Below are positions 39,581-57,689 of a stretch of 64,000 nucleotides of DNA, one piece after another. The stretch lies in NCBI GenBank assembly GCA_965207375.1, contig CBDBMG010000003.1, positions 160,001 to 224,000 of the forward strand, read 5' to 3'. The notes under the pieces were generated by a model. It searched no databases and had not been told where the DNA came from. It saw nothing but the letters and a program-made list of their open reading frames with translations. A program made the position numbers and the translations under genes. The DNA comes from Nitrosopumilaceae archaeon (GTDB taxonomy: Archaea > Thermoproteota > Nitrososphaeria > Nitrososphaerales > Nitrosopumilaceae). The stretch's first letter is position 1. Each line of letters begins with the position of its first letter.

Positions 39581-42484
39581 GTAACTAAGGAGTACAATAA
39601 GAGTGGTCTACTTCCTGTCCACTCCCAGTATTTCACCTACCAATGTTTATTGAATGTAGAAGTTTACTGCACTTTGTAATGTGAATAGGAACTATAAATG
39701 ATGTCGTAGTTTACTATGTCAATCCAATTGCAATGTTTTGTCATTAACCACCCCTACCATCACAATAAACTCTACTAATACTGTATTTGGGTTTATATGA
39801 GAAAGGAAACTTATGGAATTTGACAACTAAATAGTTTTCTCACGGTTAACAAAAGTACGTACCTATATATATACCAACTAGAGAAGTACCGATAGCATGA
39901 ATATTTATTTGATGGGGAAATTTTGATGATTCACTAGCAATTTTACCCGTCAAATTTCTAATGATGTAGAGCAGTATACAGAGAATTGAGCCCATTGGTC
40001 AACATTTTACCAATCAGAAGTTGAGATTTATGAATTGGTAAAAGCTTCCCCTGTCAAACAAGGGAAAATTGACGCTATATGGTACAATGGGAGGCCTAAC
40101 CCTGGTGACCTTCAGGGTTATGATACAATTATTAAAGAATATGTTCCTAATATATTGGAACAGTAGGCATGCACAGAAGGTGTCATCAACACCCAGTCCT
40201 TTACCTTAACATTCCTCCCTCAAGCATATACTGGTATGTATAGTGTATACCTTACAATGGTAACCTTTAAACACACAACACACACATAAGCATACACATA
40301 CATGCATGCATATGCACACACACACACGCACACACATATGCACATGTACACATACATACACACACACAAGCATACTAACAGAAGTTTAGCCTGTTTGTTA
40401 CCTACAGACCAGGTGTTTGTATCAATCCAAATACAGTTGGTATGGGTGTTTAGTGTTTACTGACGTTTGTTTACTATTACTGTGTTACTGACTTTCCCTG
40501 TGTATACACATATAGCTGTGCTTAAGCTTTTGTTTGTATATATATACACTATAGACACTGCAATAGTCTTACTATAATCTCTTTGTCCCAGGTAACAGTT
40601 ATAGCCTTCCTCAATGTGAATCGTTTATAGTTTATCAACTCTTGCTTTAACAATCTATATTTAGACTGGAGACTGGTTGACAGACAAGCCTTTTGCAACC
40701 TTGTTGACATTTCTTTTGTCCCATGCTGTTTTGTATATGGGACACATGTGTGTTTGTTTATGATCAAAAGTAACAGAAAGTTCATTCATGAAAGATTATA
40801 GTCCCTGCTATTTTTACATCACCATTGTACGTATACCTTTTATTCACACATCAATGTACAATACATGATGTTCATACAATACTAAATGCCTTGTCATTGG
40901 CTGGGTCATAGTGAGCGGCTCCAGTAGACAGATTGTGTTAAGCTTTGAATTGTAATAACAAAGTTTATGCTGACGTTTGCCAAGAATGAACATATATTAC
41001 TGTAGCTTTAGTTCAAACACTTTTCGGATCAATCTTGGATTTGTGCAAGTCGATAAATGAGACTCGGCATGATAAAACTGAGCTCATGTCACAAAATACA
41101 CCTATTCATATTATAGTACTATTTCCTTTACTGTATAAGATTTACGAAATCTGTAAAGCTGCATGAGATTCCCTATTAACAGCTGGTGAAAATTGTGTTT
41201 AGACTCCTTTAATTTTTGTAATCTGAAAATGTGGTCAAAAATTATGTGCTCATGCAGAAGCCTGCATGCTACACATACTGTAGAAATGCTCTAAGAATGT
41301 TTTGACGTCAGACTATCATTTCTAGTCTCACATGGCCAGCAGCGTAGGGGATTATCACTTGTGGTATGCCCACACGTGAATTTCCTTTACTGACTAATCC
41401 AATTCACAAGCTGTATTGAAACTTGACGCTTCGAAAGGCGTCAGTTGTTTCAAGGATGCTGCTTACTGCTGACTCAGCTAACGATCAACACCTAGCCATT
41501 TCATAGCTTAACAAAATGATGGATACCAGGTAGTATTGATAGTATTGCACAGTAATCAACGCTCACCACTAGTTAATGATTCTAGCCACAGTTTAGCCTG
41601 TGAAATGGACCAAACCCTATTTTATTGCAGCTGTACAAGCGATAATGCCATGTGCTAAAATAGCAGTCTGGCCAAGCAAAACTAACCTGTCTGGTTGTGT
41701 AAACATGTTTGAATAGTTGTTTGGAATAGACTATTATGGCTTCTAATCATTATTAATTGTTAAGTTAGAAGCAGGTTCTGCTAACAATATGGTGACAATG
41801 TAAAATTCCCAACAGAAACAAACACACATACAGTGTATCAATGATGATCGTGTAATGTGTTGTGTCAACCATATGTATAGCGGGGAGATTTGGTAGGGAA
41901 TTAAACTTTGACTGTTAGGATCATGGCAAAACCATCAACTTTTTATCTTTCATAACTAGCCTTAATTAAATCCATGAAACTATTTTGTTCTCACCACACG
42001 CTTACCTGTCAGTGTTGTCATGGTAACTGTGCCCTAAGACAGATATAAAGTAGCTTACTAAATGACTTTCAGATTTTTATTTATTGTTTTACAAATATTT
42101 CGCTCCATAAATAACCCTGTTGGTCATGCATGATACCCGGAGGATTTTGTTAACACTAGTTCATGTGAAAATATCTTTTTAGTTTGTAAGATGTTGATTT
42201 TTGTAATGTGACACAACCAATATTTACAAGCGTTGTGGTTTTTCTATATTCAATTGTAAATTGAGATAAAAAGATTAAGGGCATTGTTTTGTCAACAGAT
42301 AATATTGTTTCCCATCTTGCGTTACTACTTATCATGTAGTGGCAATAACTTGAGTAGGATGTGATGTATTATTACAAAAGCCCTCAGGCCTTTTAAAGAA
42401 TTTATTAATTTATTTTCTGCTTTCTAGAACTTCACGCTTCCTGCTATTGTCTGGTTATTGAGAAAGCTCTGAGATAATTGGGAG

Positions 42485-42755
<271 letters not shown>

Positions 42756-43288
42756 GTACATGGAGGAATACTCTTCCCAAACATAGTTGGTGTGGCTATA
42801 AAATATGGTCAAAAAGAGGTGATCATGTGATCAAGTTTAAAGGTTTACTGATTGTCCCTACATATCAGGCTTTAGATGCAGCTATGGATAGCTTGGGACA
42901 ATATACTAAATAATATGATACGACATAGTGAGAAATTTGTTGTGATCAAACTGCCAAATTTAATTCTGCCAAGTATTCATGTTTTATATGAAGTGTTAGC
43001 TCACATTTTAGACCTTCACTAAATTTTGATAGGGAAATATTGATGACTGACAAACTTTTAGCAATTCGTCAAAATTTTACCATCCAAAATTAGTTGATGT
43101 AAGGATTATCCAATTTAAAATTTTGCTTGTCAAATTTTTCCTAAGTTAAAATTTTGCACTGTACATAATTATGGTAAATTTCTCTTGAAAAATTTGGTTT
43201 GGTCAGTCAAATACCTAAGGTAAGGAAAATGTCTGGTGACTGGCTATTACCATGAGCTGTGTCATATTAACTGTTATTTACACTGCAG

Positions 43289-43381
43289 GTGGAGCTGGAA
43301 CAACAGGTTTATGACACTCAAGCGGTCACCATGAGCAAGCTGGAGTTCCCTAATCCTATCAGTAGCCTGTCAACCGCCCGG
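43289..43381 (+). CDS. RALGAPB: RALGAPB exon 17 (apparent frameshift)
   Basis: VELEQQVY..EFPNPI in one frame and VACQPP in the +1 frame. The vertebrate protein as I recall it reads FPDPVTDCKPPP. Confidence 0.75.
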
Positions 43382-44551
43382 GTGGGTAACCAATCCATCT
43401 TGTGTCTGTGTTGTTGTAATCTGTATCATGTGTATCAGTTATTGTCCCTTTGTTATTGTGCCAATGGTCCTTCTTATTATAGCCCACCAATGTTCAGTTG
43501 TTAGAAGTTTTCTTCACAGAGTTACCATATACCGGTACAAGGAGTATATATATGGGTGGTTGTTCTATTAGAGTTGTGTCTTGTGTATATCCATTGCATG
43601 CAGTAGCCATTCAGATGTATACACTGTTACTGGAAGCCGGTACCTACACTGTTGATTTATACACACTCATACAGTGTTAGTTTTTCCTTACCGTGTTTCC
43701 CCCAGTTTAACTTCAGTGTTATGTAAACATTGAACTGGAAGGCAACATTATATATGATATTCATGGTTAAACTCAGGATATTTATGATGCCTTTGTAGCT
43801 ACACACCATATATAGTTCTCATCCCTGCTAGTAGGATTTTACCATGGTTAAGATGGAAATGTTAATTTGCTCTAGCCAACCACTAAGTTCCCATTGGCAA
43901 AGCTACTGATGTGTTAGAGCTGGAATACCTCTGGCTTATTGCCAATTTGAATTGTGTTACCCATTTTTCATAGTGAAAATGTCATGAGGTTGGTATTGGT
44001 AGGGATTAGGGATGAATGATATTCAGCATAATTTTTTATTGTGATTATTTCATGCATAAGTGAAGGCCATTACTAGATTCTGTGAGCAACGTACATCAGT
44101 ATGCCACATTGAATGTATAAATGCAGATGTTGTATTTCTCAGTATTAATTTTAATATGTAGTCTTGAGGTTAAATGATGTTAAGAGACTAGTCTAGTTTC
44201 TAAGTTATAAATGTACTTACAAAACAAAAATATTTATACCAGAAGTCATATGGTGTTGCTACAGAGATTAAGACTTTACAAACACTAAATAGTTTCTGCA
44301 TTCATGATTGCTATATAACAGTCTAGATTAATATTGCTAAGACTTCCTGGTGGTTTTTTGTAATTTAATAATTAAAAGTTGTGTTGAAATTAGTATGTAC
44401 TGCAATGGGCTCTGTAGATTTACATGTTGATGTCATTTTGAGCATCACTTTAAACTGAATACATGTATAGTGATAATAATGTAGATAATTTGTAGTGATG
44501 TGATATGATTTTTATGAAACCTTACCATTAGTAATACTGCATATAGTCATG

Positions 44552-48045
<3,494 letters not shown>

Positions 48046-48751
48046 CACGCATACATATACACACATTGTGTGCATTAGTGTGTACATGGTATATAAATAT
48101 TTTTGTAGCAAGAATAGAGAAAATCTAGATAGTTTGTTTATGTTATGGGAAGACATTCAGTTTATACTGAAGAACACATTATGTATGTGTTATTGAGTGA
48201 CTATCATAATTTAGCTAAGATAATCATAGGAGTGGATGCTGTCTTGGTGCTACCACTTGCCATACAAACTAATTACTGATACATGTGTTTCATTCAGTAT
48301 GCCATCCCATGAAACGGAGAGGTACCAAAGGCCCATCTGTGTCCTGATAGATATAATAAAGCTTTACAGGTGCTGCAGTGAAGATGAAACAAAGGCCTGT
48401 ATCTATAAGGAGCCAATTGAATTAAGGGAAATCATGCTTGTTTATTCTAGTAATCTACTACACATACTAATTATATCATTTCAGGGCTTGGTAAGTAACA
48501 CAAAGATTATCATAATCTAAGGAAAAGGCATAGTAGTCACCTTCTCTATTATTAATCCACTCATATACACTTGGAGGAGTATATTTAAGAGAGACAGGTG
48601 GCATTCATCTCCCCTAGGCTATCTGTTGCCCCCCAAAAGCTTTAGAAATATCAGTGCTTGATCTCTAGTACTTCAATGCCCCCACTAAATTTTAAAGTTT
48701 AATTTGCTCCTCCTAGTAACTTTTCTTAATTCGGTGCTGACCTGTATGCCA

Positions 48752-49446
48752 GGGTAAGTGGAAACACCGGATACAGCAGGATGTGGACACGAACTCAGAC
48801 GCGGACACAAAGATTTTCTTTTTGTACATAAGGCATGTAACAAGCATTTTACAAGTGAATTACACTAAGCTCGTGTATACAACATGGAATGAACACTCAT
48901 GTCAATGAAACAGCACGTTAATTCACACCGGTAAGAGAATTCAATTCCTTGCTGGATTTTTACGGCCAGTTCGAAACTTTTGCGCTGGGTGGAAGCATAA
49001 ATATTAGAGAGCGCAAGACAGTTATACGAATACTCTAGCTATAGTAATCTTGTATATCCAGACCGTCTGGCTGAGGATAGAGGCTCGGCACTACACGCCC
49101 TCCATCATATCTGGCCAAGGGTTACGCGTGACTAACACTCTGGTACAATAAAGAATGTACAGGTTTATCCCAAGTTTTCCACATTAATCGCTCCTCTTAA
49201 TCACTCGAAGTCAGGTAGAACAATGCGTGGCACAATTAATATCACGTGCTCAGTGGTAAAAAGTATTTCAATCAACTAGATGCGAGGACTAGCCATGTTA
49301 TATGATATCACGACTTTAAGTGTGCTAGTGTAATTCACCTGTAAAATACTTGCTACATGCTTCATGTATAAAAGAAAATCTTCGTATCCAGGTCCGAGTT
49401 CGCATCCGTGTCCGCATCTTGCCGTGTCCAGTGTTTCCACTTACCC
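48752..49446. mobile_element. MULE-type MITE with a 10-bp TSD
   Basis: TIRs GGGTAAGTGGAAACAC / GTGTTTCCACTTACCC. Flanks CTGTATGCCA and CTGTATTCCA. Confidence 0.85.
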
Positions 49447-51544
49447 CTGTATTCCATAGTCAGACTGCTGTACCTCATGATGATCAGTAATTCCCTTAGC
49501 AAACAATATATTTAGCAACTTGTTGTGTTGATAAAATGTTCCTTCCTTAACCAGTATATCATCAGTCTGTGTGTCTACAGCATACACATTTACTCAGGGA
49601 TATGTAAAGGATGTGTGTATCTCTATTGTATAAATACAGCAACTTTTGTGCAATATTTACTACTTGTTCTCCCACTCCAACGACTGTTTCTAGTTTATCT
49701 AATGGAATGTTTGAATATCTTATGAATTCTCTCAGTACAAATAAATGTTGCATTTCCCTGCTTGGTATAATACCAAAACCAAGATCATTAATTTGATGCA
49801 ATAGTCAGTTTGACCATTAGTCTCATGTGTGACCTAAGGTACGGTCTTCTGTTGAGTATGTCATAATTTACACACGTGCAACAAAGTCGCCATTTCTGAG
49901 GGCACCAAAACAAGCGATATACGGATGAGGTGACCACTCTGTGTTTTTTGTCTATGAGAAACACAATCTCCGTGTTAAAGTACACAACATATATTCTTGT
50001 GATTTTCTTTGTAATGCTAAATTTTCACAAATATTTTTCCCCTCACTCAAGTGATAAAACCTAGAGAATATGGTTAATTGAGAAGCTGTTTGAGTCTTGT
50101 AGTCCTCACTTAAGTGATTATGCCTCACATATGGTCTATATACATATTACCTTATGCACATATATATACTATAGAGAATGTGTACTGAATTCCAGAAGTC
50201 AATGGCCAATTAGTTGCATGTTAAAAATCCTTTTCTACGGTGTTATCCCTTGTAACCATATGTATACCCAGCATGGAGTCACAACAGGTATTATTGCCTT
50301 ATTGGTTACTTAAACACATTGTTAACAAAAATTCTTATACTTTATTAATGACATTAGTGGCATGTACATATGGGCTCTTTGTGGAGGGGTGTACACACAA
50401 CAGCTGATATCACCAGCACCATCTCTAGTCCCCTCCATGATATAACCAGCTAGGAGCAGTGACTGGGATGATGTACAAGGCTACATGGAGAACCTTCAGA
50501 TGTGCCATAAAAGGACATCATTAAAGCCTTGGGGTACATTTAACGTGAGATCATAAAGGAACATTGACTCCTAAATAAATTAGGAAGGAAACCAATCCTT
50601 TAAAAATTTATTATCCATAATTCCATATATGGTATGTCTGTATGCTGTTATACCATAGTATATGGCCTATGCATCATTAGCGCTATACATGTGTGAGGTG
50701 TCTACATTGCTTTTGACTACTTTTCTCCACTCATCTACGTATATACAGGATTATCAGCAGTAAATATATTGTACCTCAATACAGTCACATCATATCCACA
50801 CCTACATACTTATTGATAATAATCTCTGTTATGAGTAGGGATGAGATTTAAGGCATCATATTTGTAGAACATACATGTATCACGATTGTGAGAACTATCA
50901 CAATTATCATATAATGCCCATATTTAGTACAAACAAGCTGTTTAAAATCCTTTAGTGATGCAATATAATATTGTGACAACAACCACTTGTGTTACTAGTT
51001 CCAAGAGTTGTTGAAACATAGAAAAGTACTACCAAGGGAGAATTCTTCGTAGTATTACACAATCACAATTGTAGAGAGGTAACATGACCATCACAGTTAT
51101 GATGAACACATCACGATCATATATTGCCTCATTTCAATGAGATTACAAATCATGATCCAAATGATTTGATCTTAATCCATATCACTTCAAGACGACGCTT
51201 GCATGACTACATATTAATAAGTATCATTGACAGACAAGATATTGCTATAAATGTGTATATCTGTTTAAGCTAATCGACAGCTTTCATTCCATAAATGACA
51301 TGTAATGGTTGCTGTCATGACTAATATCCTTGGAGTACCATGGCTTCCAACATTCCTTGCATTGTAATTTTGAAATGGAAGCTTAATAATGTGATGTTTT
51401 GTTACAGACAGCCAATCAGATTAAAGATTTGTTTATCACTTTTGTTGCAAGAGCATGGTATGTAGCTATCACTGATTGTGCAGTGGTTTCCTTGGTAACC
51501 AGTATGATTTCAAAATAACTAATGGAAAGTGCCTAGATAAGTAT

Positions 51545-51965
51545 TAGTTATATCCCAGTACAAGTGAGTTATCTTAGTTATTACCCGAGTCAGGCGAAGC
51601 CGAGGACGAGGGTAATAACTAAGGTAACTCATGAGTGTACTGGGATATAACTAGCTTGTATCCCGGTGAATACTTTGATAATTTAGCTAGTTTTCATTGG
51701 CAACTCTTATACATTCATTTGGAAACAACAACTGCAAAAGTAGCCTACAACATCGCTACAACTATCCTTATCGATTACAAACAAGGTTATACAATACCTG
51801 ATAGCTTCACTGTTATCTCCAAGCTTTAAAGCTTTGTATTTAACGTTTGTATCACGTAACCATTGACGACGGGTGGATAACTAGTTATCCACCCTGCGCG
51901 CTGGGGGATAACTAAATTATCCACCCTGGCAGTTTCTTTGATCTGCCCACGCTCCGGGATACAAA
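51545..51965. mobile_element. A-A'-B-B' palindromic element (Crypton-like)
   Basis: TAGTTATATCCCAGTACA..GGCGAAGCC..TGTACTGGGATATAACTA, followed by TTGTATCCCGG ... TTTGATCTGCCCACGCTCCGGGATACAA. Confidence 0.75.
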
Positions 51966-52551
51966 ATGGCTTAATCTTTAACCCATACATAATATAGTAT
52001 ATAAAATATAAAATGTTCATAAAGTAGGCTGGATACTTTGGCAAGTAGAAATGACCAATTTTGGTCATAAATGGCCAACGTTTAACTACTAATTTTAACT
52101 CTGGCTAGTACTATCCCAAGGAAATTATCACACACACAGACATGTGTTTGCAGTTGTATGAAGACTGGCCGTCGCTAATGGTAAATACATTGAATTTCAG
52201 TTCAAATTTTTATATGGGACAAAAAATTGTCAAATATTTGATTTGTATCACTATAACAACTTTAGAAATTTGACGTCAGATTAAGAACTACTAAAACCAT
52301 ACATTTCTACAGAGGTAATTAAAAAAGGTTGATGATTAAATGTTGTAGATCTGCTATACATTTTTAGGAACCAAATTTGGTATTTGTTTAAATGGCATAG
52401 TTTCAAAACTTATTCATTCTTTCAAAGAGGAAACAGCCACTTATTAATTCAAAGCTTGGTTTAGATCATCAGTTAAAAGAATAACTTAAGCATTGAGCTA
52501 GTAACTCGATAGTACCATATATTGCAACATATCATGTTTTGTCTACCCTCT

Positions 52552-52932
52552 CAGTGGCGGATTTAGGGGGGAGCTAGGGGGCTGTAGCCCCCCCCCCCCC
52601 CCCCCCCCCACCTGCCATCTCAGGACATACAAAGGATGGATGTGTTGTTATAAAAATGCACTAATTCTTGCAAATAGTGATGTTTTGTACATTTCAATGC
52701 ATAACAATCTAAGGGTTGCACCCACCACACCCCCTGGTACTACTTTGGTTAGCTCCTTCTCACAGAACTTTAAGATTTGAATTAAATACTCTAAATCTTG
52801 CATTAGGTGGCATTTCTGTACTTAAAACAAAATATGCTATAGCTTCTGGGGGGCTGTGCCCCAGACCCCCTGCTTCAGAGATCCACTACTGTGATTAGCC
52901 CCCCCTCTCAGAAAATCCTAGATCTGCCCCTG
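52552..52932. mobile_element. CAGTGGCGGAT-type MITE with a 5-bp TSD
   Basis: Ends CAGTGGCGGATTTAGG / CCTAGATCTGCCCCTG. TSD CCTCT on both sides. Confidence 0.82.
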
Positions 52933-53303
52933 CCTCTAGCGGTACTTACACAGGATGATGTTAATGTTATTTTGCCGAGGGTATTTATATAGTTGTGGTA
53001 TAAACATGTTAAGAGTATGTCAACTGAAAGTTCATCGTACAGTGTTATAAGTGTTCTGTATGTATTTGATGTTGAGAGGGTCTTTGTTTATAACCAGCTG
53101 GATGGCTGCTACCACTACTGTTATTATATTACAGTTTATTAATGACGATGTATTGGTATAATGTTTGTTGGGGTTGTGCCTTTGTATTGTAAGGCTTACG
53201 ATAATTTACGATAATTTGTTGAGTTTTTGGTCACATAAACATCACATGGTCACACATGTGCTCGCACATACATGCATGCATGTACGTATTCCATACACAT
53301 TAG

Positions 53304-53577
53304 TAGGGATGGGCGATATTGTTGTACGATTATTATGAAGCAAAAACATCATGATCATTATGATTATTACCTTAACTATATCTGTATTGAAAATTCTACA
53401 AACTTGTCAAGCTGTGTATTAACACTGCAAAACTTGTCATAAGTGCCAATCATCATGATATTATGCAATTATTGCTTACCACGATTATTGTTAGTAGTAA
53501 AAACTGCACAATGTCGATTATCAAGACAAAGAAAATATCACAATTAATAAGAAAAACTGGTTAATTGCCCATCCCTA
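53304..53577. mobile_element. hAT-type MITE
   Basis: Ends TAGGGATGGGC / GCCCATCCCTA. Degenerate 8-bp TSD CACATTAG / CACAGTAT. Confidence 0.75.
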
Positions 53578-54031
53578 CACAGTATACTACACAGCATAAT
53601 TATATATGTACATAACTTGTACATACTACATGCATGCACACAAGTATACTCATACCTACATACACACATGTACTTGCAACATCAGTGATTTACCATGCAA
53701 ACAGTTATAAACATTTCTATTGTTTCTTTCAAGCAACCTCTACAAAGTAATGAGCATGTGGAAACACATGAACATTAACATGGTATACATGCACACGCAC
53801 ACACGCACGCACGCATGCACACACGCACGCATGCACGCACACACACACACACACATGCACATGCACATGCACACATGGCTACCCTCAGATGACATCACAA
53901 GTCATGTGTAGCATAACTTTAATAATTAATACTTCCTGTATGTTACCATTTTTGTTGCTATATATATTAATAGTCTTGTTTATGCCCATTGGATATTGCT
54001 TATTGTTTAACACATGATCTCACTCTCACAG

Positions 54032-54104
54032 GATCTGCAGGAGTTACCAGACAGCTCGGTTGCTCTTATCTCATGTAGGCCTGGTCAACATTGAAGCACT
54101 AAAG
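54032..54104 (+). CDS. RALGAPB: RALGAPB exon 18
   Basis: ICRSYQTARLLLSHVGLVNIEALK, flanked by AG and GT. Confidence 0.85.
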
Positions 54105-55077
54105 GTATGCAATTCCATAGGGGATTTTGTTATAATAACCAACTGTGAAATTGTTGTCTTCTGCAAATATTGTACAGTTGTGTATCTATGGATTAAAAAG
54201 AACCTTGTGGTTATTGATGAGGTGTCAAGCAGTTGTTTGATGGTAAATAAAGTAAACAAGAGACCTTATTAGTGCAGCCAATAACAGATTGCTAATCTCT
54301 TTGTAATTGTAGAGAAAATCCCCAAGAATAAAAATCTTTAATAGCACTGAATTTTTGCCTGGCTGTGTGTCATGGTTTTGGGTTGCTCTAGCTATATAGC
54401 TAACTGTAACAGAGGTAGAGTGTTACCCCACAGGACAGAGAGTGTTTGGTTTCTCTAAATGTCTTTGATTGATGGGCACTTATGCAGTTGGTAATGTTTC
54501 AATTCAATTTCATGGTGCTTCTGTTTTCCTTGTCGCCTAATGTACAGCAATGCCTACATATTTAGAATGTTAGTCTGCCCACTTTTGTTGCCATCAGCAT
54601 GCCATAATGATATTCTTTCCTGATCCTCCAATTTCTTACTGGTTGCAAAAAATATTGCCACCTGAGAATATTTACCTAAAAATAACAAACTTACATGGCT
54701 TGCTGTCTCATGAAAATCCCCATTGAATGATTTTATGTTTTGCCATGTTTTTAATCTCATCTATATGTCTATATACTAATATAATTACAGCTGTATTCCC
54801 ATAGGGATTAATGTATAGTTATGATACAATAAGTGTACATTACATGTAGCACTGTGTGCACTGCATTGACACTGCACTTGTATTGTTTGTATAGTGGGCA
54901 ATTTGATACTGTAGTACTGCATGCATTAGCTAAGGGCCTGGTCCCGGCCCTGTGAATATAAAACTGTTTTCTATTCCTTAATACATACTGTGGCTAACTA
55001 ACCCAAGTGACCATCTTATAGCTGCTCTCCATGTAACTGATGCTTTACTCATATTCTCATGCAACATCATATACTAG

Positions 55078-55479
55078 TTAAAGCATAGCCACGTGTGCTA
55101 TATGCAAAATACAGTGCGAGGGGTGAGATCAAGTGGCAAATACAGCACGAGGCATAGCCAAGTGCTGTATTTGCCACGAGACCCCACCCTAAGAGCTATA
55201 TTTTCTATACAGCACGAGTATGCGGTCCTTTATTGTTTTGCATGGGATGGCACCGGTTAATCAGTAGCTCTCGCGTTAACTTCGAATTGCTCTTATTTGT
55301 TAGCTTATTTGTTGTAAGAAGGGTAATAATTATCACCTCAAGATCCTGGGCCTTACTAAAAAATCGGTTTGTAAGAATCTTCGCCACTATACTATATTTT
55401 CCATACAGCACACTTGCTCTAGTATGGAAAATAAAGTACAGTTTCTTCTTTGATCTTGCCCACGCAAAAGACAATAAAG
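55078..55479. mobile_element. A-A'-B-B' palindromic element (Crypton-like)
   Basis: Long palindrome centred on CACGAGGCATAGCCAAGTG. Ends TTTGATCTTGCCCACGCAAAAGACAATAAA. Confidence 0.7.
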
Positions 55480-55604
55480 TATTGTACAGTACAATAGCTA
55501 CAGCTGTAGTTATATTATAGCCATGTGGGTATGATGTGTTTTAGATATTGTGTCATGCATAGGTCACAAAACTAACCCAATATTTGGCCTTTTTGTTTCT
55601 GTAT

Positions 55605-55822
55605 AATAATACCAGCTATGGCTATAATACTGGCTGTGCATGGCTGTATTACTCCACGGCTGTGACTGTAATATACCAACTGTGGCTGTAATATACCAAC
55701 TGTGGCTATAATACCAGCTATGGCTATAATACCAGCTGTGGCTATAATACCAGCTGTGGCTATAATACCAGCTGTGACTGTAATATACCAGCTGTAGCTG
55801 TAATACCAGCTATGGCTATATA
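55605..55822. repeat. 19-21 bp minisatellite (ATACCAGCTGTGGCTATA)
   Basis: About 9-10 tandem degenerate copies. Confidence 0.85.
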
Positions 55823-55991
55823 GTACAAAAATGAGATAAAGATTTAGAATCCATACATTTTGGTAAGGAAAACTGCAACTAGCAGAACTTAAAGAATATT
55901 TGGGAAAAGTTAGTTTACAGTTAGTAGCAAAACCAAGAAATGGTGTCCATGTGACAGCCGGTATCTCTTATAGCATTGTTAGCTACATAAT

Positions 55992-56582
55992 ATCAAGAGT
56001 TTATAATGGTTAGGAGAGTATCGAACTTCACTATACCCTGTGTAAAATGAGCCCGTAAAGTCCTATGGCCTCGATCAAACATCATGCCGTCCGTATTGAT
56101 TGGTGATAAATTAAAAGCGCACCTTGCACCATGAGAGTACCGGGCGCACTCTTTACGTGTGGCCCTATCGTGTATTAATATGGCGCGTGGCAGTAGTAGA
56201 GGTCGAGGGCGAGGTAAGAAACAGCAGTCACAAACAGCCTCACCAGCAAGAAAGCGACGAAAACGTAAAACTCAGAGCAGTAGCGAAGGTTGTGCGACTT
56301 CAAATGAAGGAAATGCTTGTTCTAAACAGCGCGCACAGAAACCATCACTCACAGAAAGACGCTGTGAAGAAACTTATCGAAAAAAAGAATAAAACAAAGC
56401 GCCTTGAAGGTGTTTCATCTGTGCGGAGAGATTCGTAGCCGCATAAACGTGTCGATTTGGCACCCATCAACACCAGATGCATTTACGCAAGATTACTGTA
56501 ATATCCGGGATTACTTTACGGGCTCATTTTACACAGGGTATAGCGAAGTTCGATACTCTCCTAACCATTATAAACTCTTGAT
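55992..56582. mobile_element. MITE with near-perfect TIRs of about 70 bp
   Basis: ATCAAGAGTTTATAATGGTTAGGAGAGTATCGAACTTC..GTAAAATGAGCCCGTAAAGT is mirrored at 56513-56582. Confidence 0.88.
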
Positions 56583-56592
56583 AATATGTATT

Positions 56593-56987
56593 ACTTAAAG
56601 CACTGCCGCCAGTTTGTATGAAATATACAGCTCGAGGTGAGAGTCGAGTGGCAAATATAGCAGAGGTGAGCCAGAGTGCTATATTTGTCACGAGACCCTC
56701 ACCAAGAGCTGTATCTTTCATACAAATGAAGCAGCAGTGCTTTAAGTGTTTTATTGTATTTTACACCTACTGATGTGTGAATAAAACACAGTTCTTTGAT
56801 AGTACTAAATAAAGGAATTGCACAAATAAATGGTTTTCTTTGATGAAAAGTGTCAACGAGCTACCATTCTATAACTACTCTAGCGTTCTATAACTACCCA
56901 ACCACAGTTCTATAACTACCAACTTGACACATTATGGTAGTTATAGAACTGTTGAACCCTTTGATCTGCCCACGCAAAATACAATAA
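56593..56987. mobile_element. A-A'-B-B' palindromic element (Crypton-like)
   Basis: ACTTAAAGCACTGC...GCAGTGCTTTAAGT, followed by TTATTGTATTTT ... TTTGATCTGCCCACGCAAAATACAATAA. The 3' part recurs inverted at about 17184-17315. Confidence 0.75.
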
Positions 56988-57593
56988 GATGTACTTATGG
57001 TATTGTAGACATTGATTGTGTAATTATCAGTCAGTTGACTTTATTGCATGGCAGATTTCCATGAAATATTTAAATGTACGTAGTAGTACCAAAATTGACC
57101 AAATTGCATTGTATAAGTTGTAGAATGTTTAAGAGTCACGTTACGCGAGTAAGTGCATGAACTATTCTTAATTCCAATTGATCGTCGATCGCTAATACAA
57201 GATTATAAATAAAGACAACTTATTATTAGGTACATAAAGTTTACCACTGAGAGTGATATGTACATGCACTTATAGCTAATCCTGAGTCTGGCTACCTCAG
57301 GCTGCCAAGATTTCTAGGAATCTACAGCAAAAAGGAATCTGGGATTTAAATTCCTTATAAGGCCTAAGGTAAGTGTATAACTGTTATACATTAGTGCCTT
57401 ATATGGCTTTATAAATATTTTGTAGGTAGCTAATTTTAGTGCACGTACTAATAACACAGGGGGTTTCCCTAAAGAGTGGTAGAATGGCGCAGCACCTGCT
57501 ACTTTTCTCAAAATGTCTTTATTGTGATTGAAAAAATGATAAATGTGACGGGATTTGAGAAAACCTGGTTGTATAACAATGTGGCCTGTAATG

Positions 57594-57689
57594 CTAGTAG
57601 CTATAAGGTTACTAGTAGCTATAAGGTTACTAGTAGCTATAAGGTTACTAGTAGCTATAAGGTTACTAGTAGCTATAAGGTTACTAGTA
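57594..57689. repeat. 18-bp tandem repeat CTAGTAGCTATAAGGTTA x5
   Basis: Directly visible perfect copies. Confidence 0.95.

Noticed and set aside
56124-56598. Basic ORFs inside the long-TIR MITE
   Set aside because: Too short and lacking a recognizable domain. At most a remnant of a transposase N-terminus.
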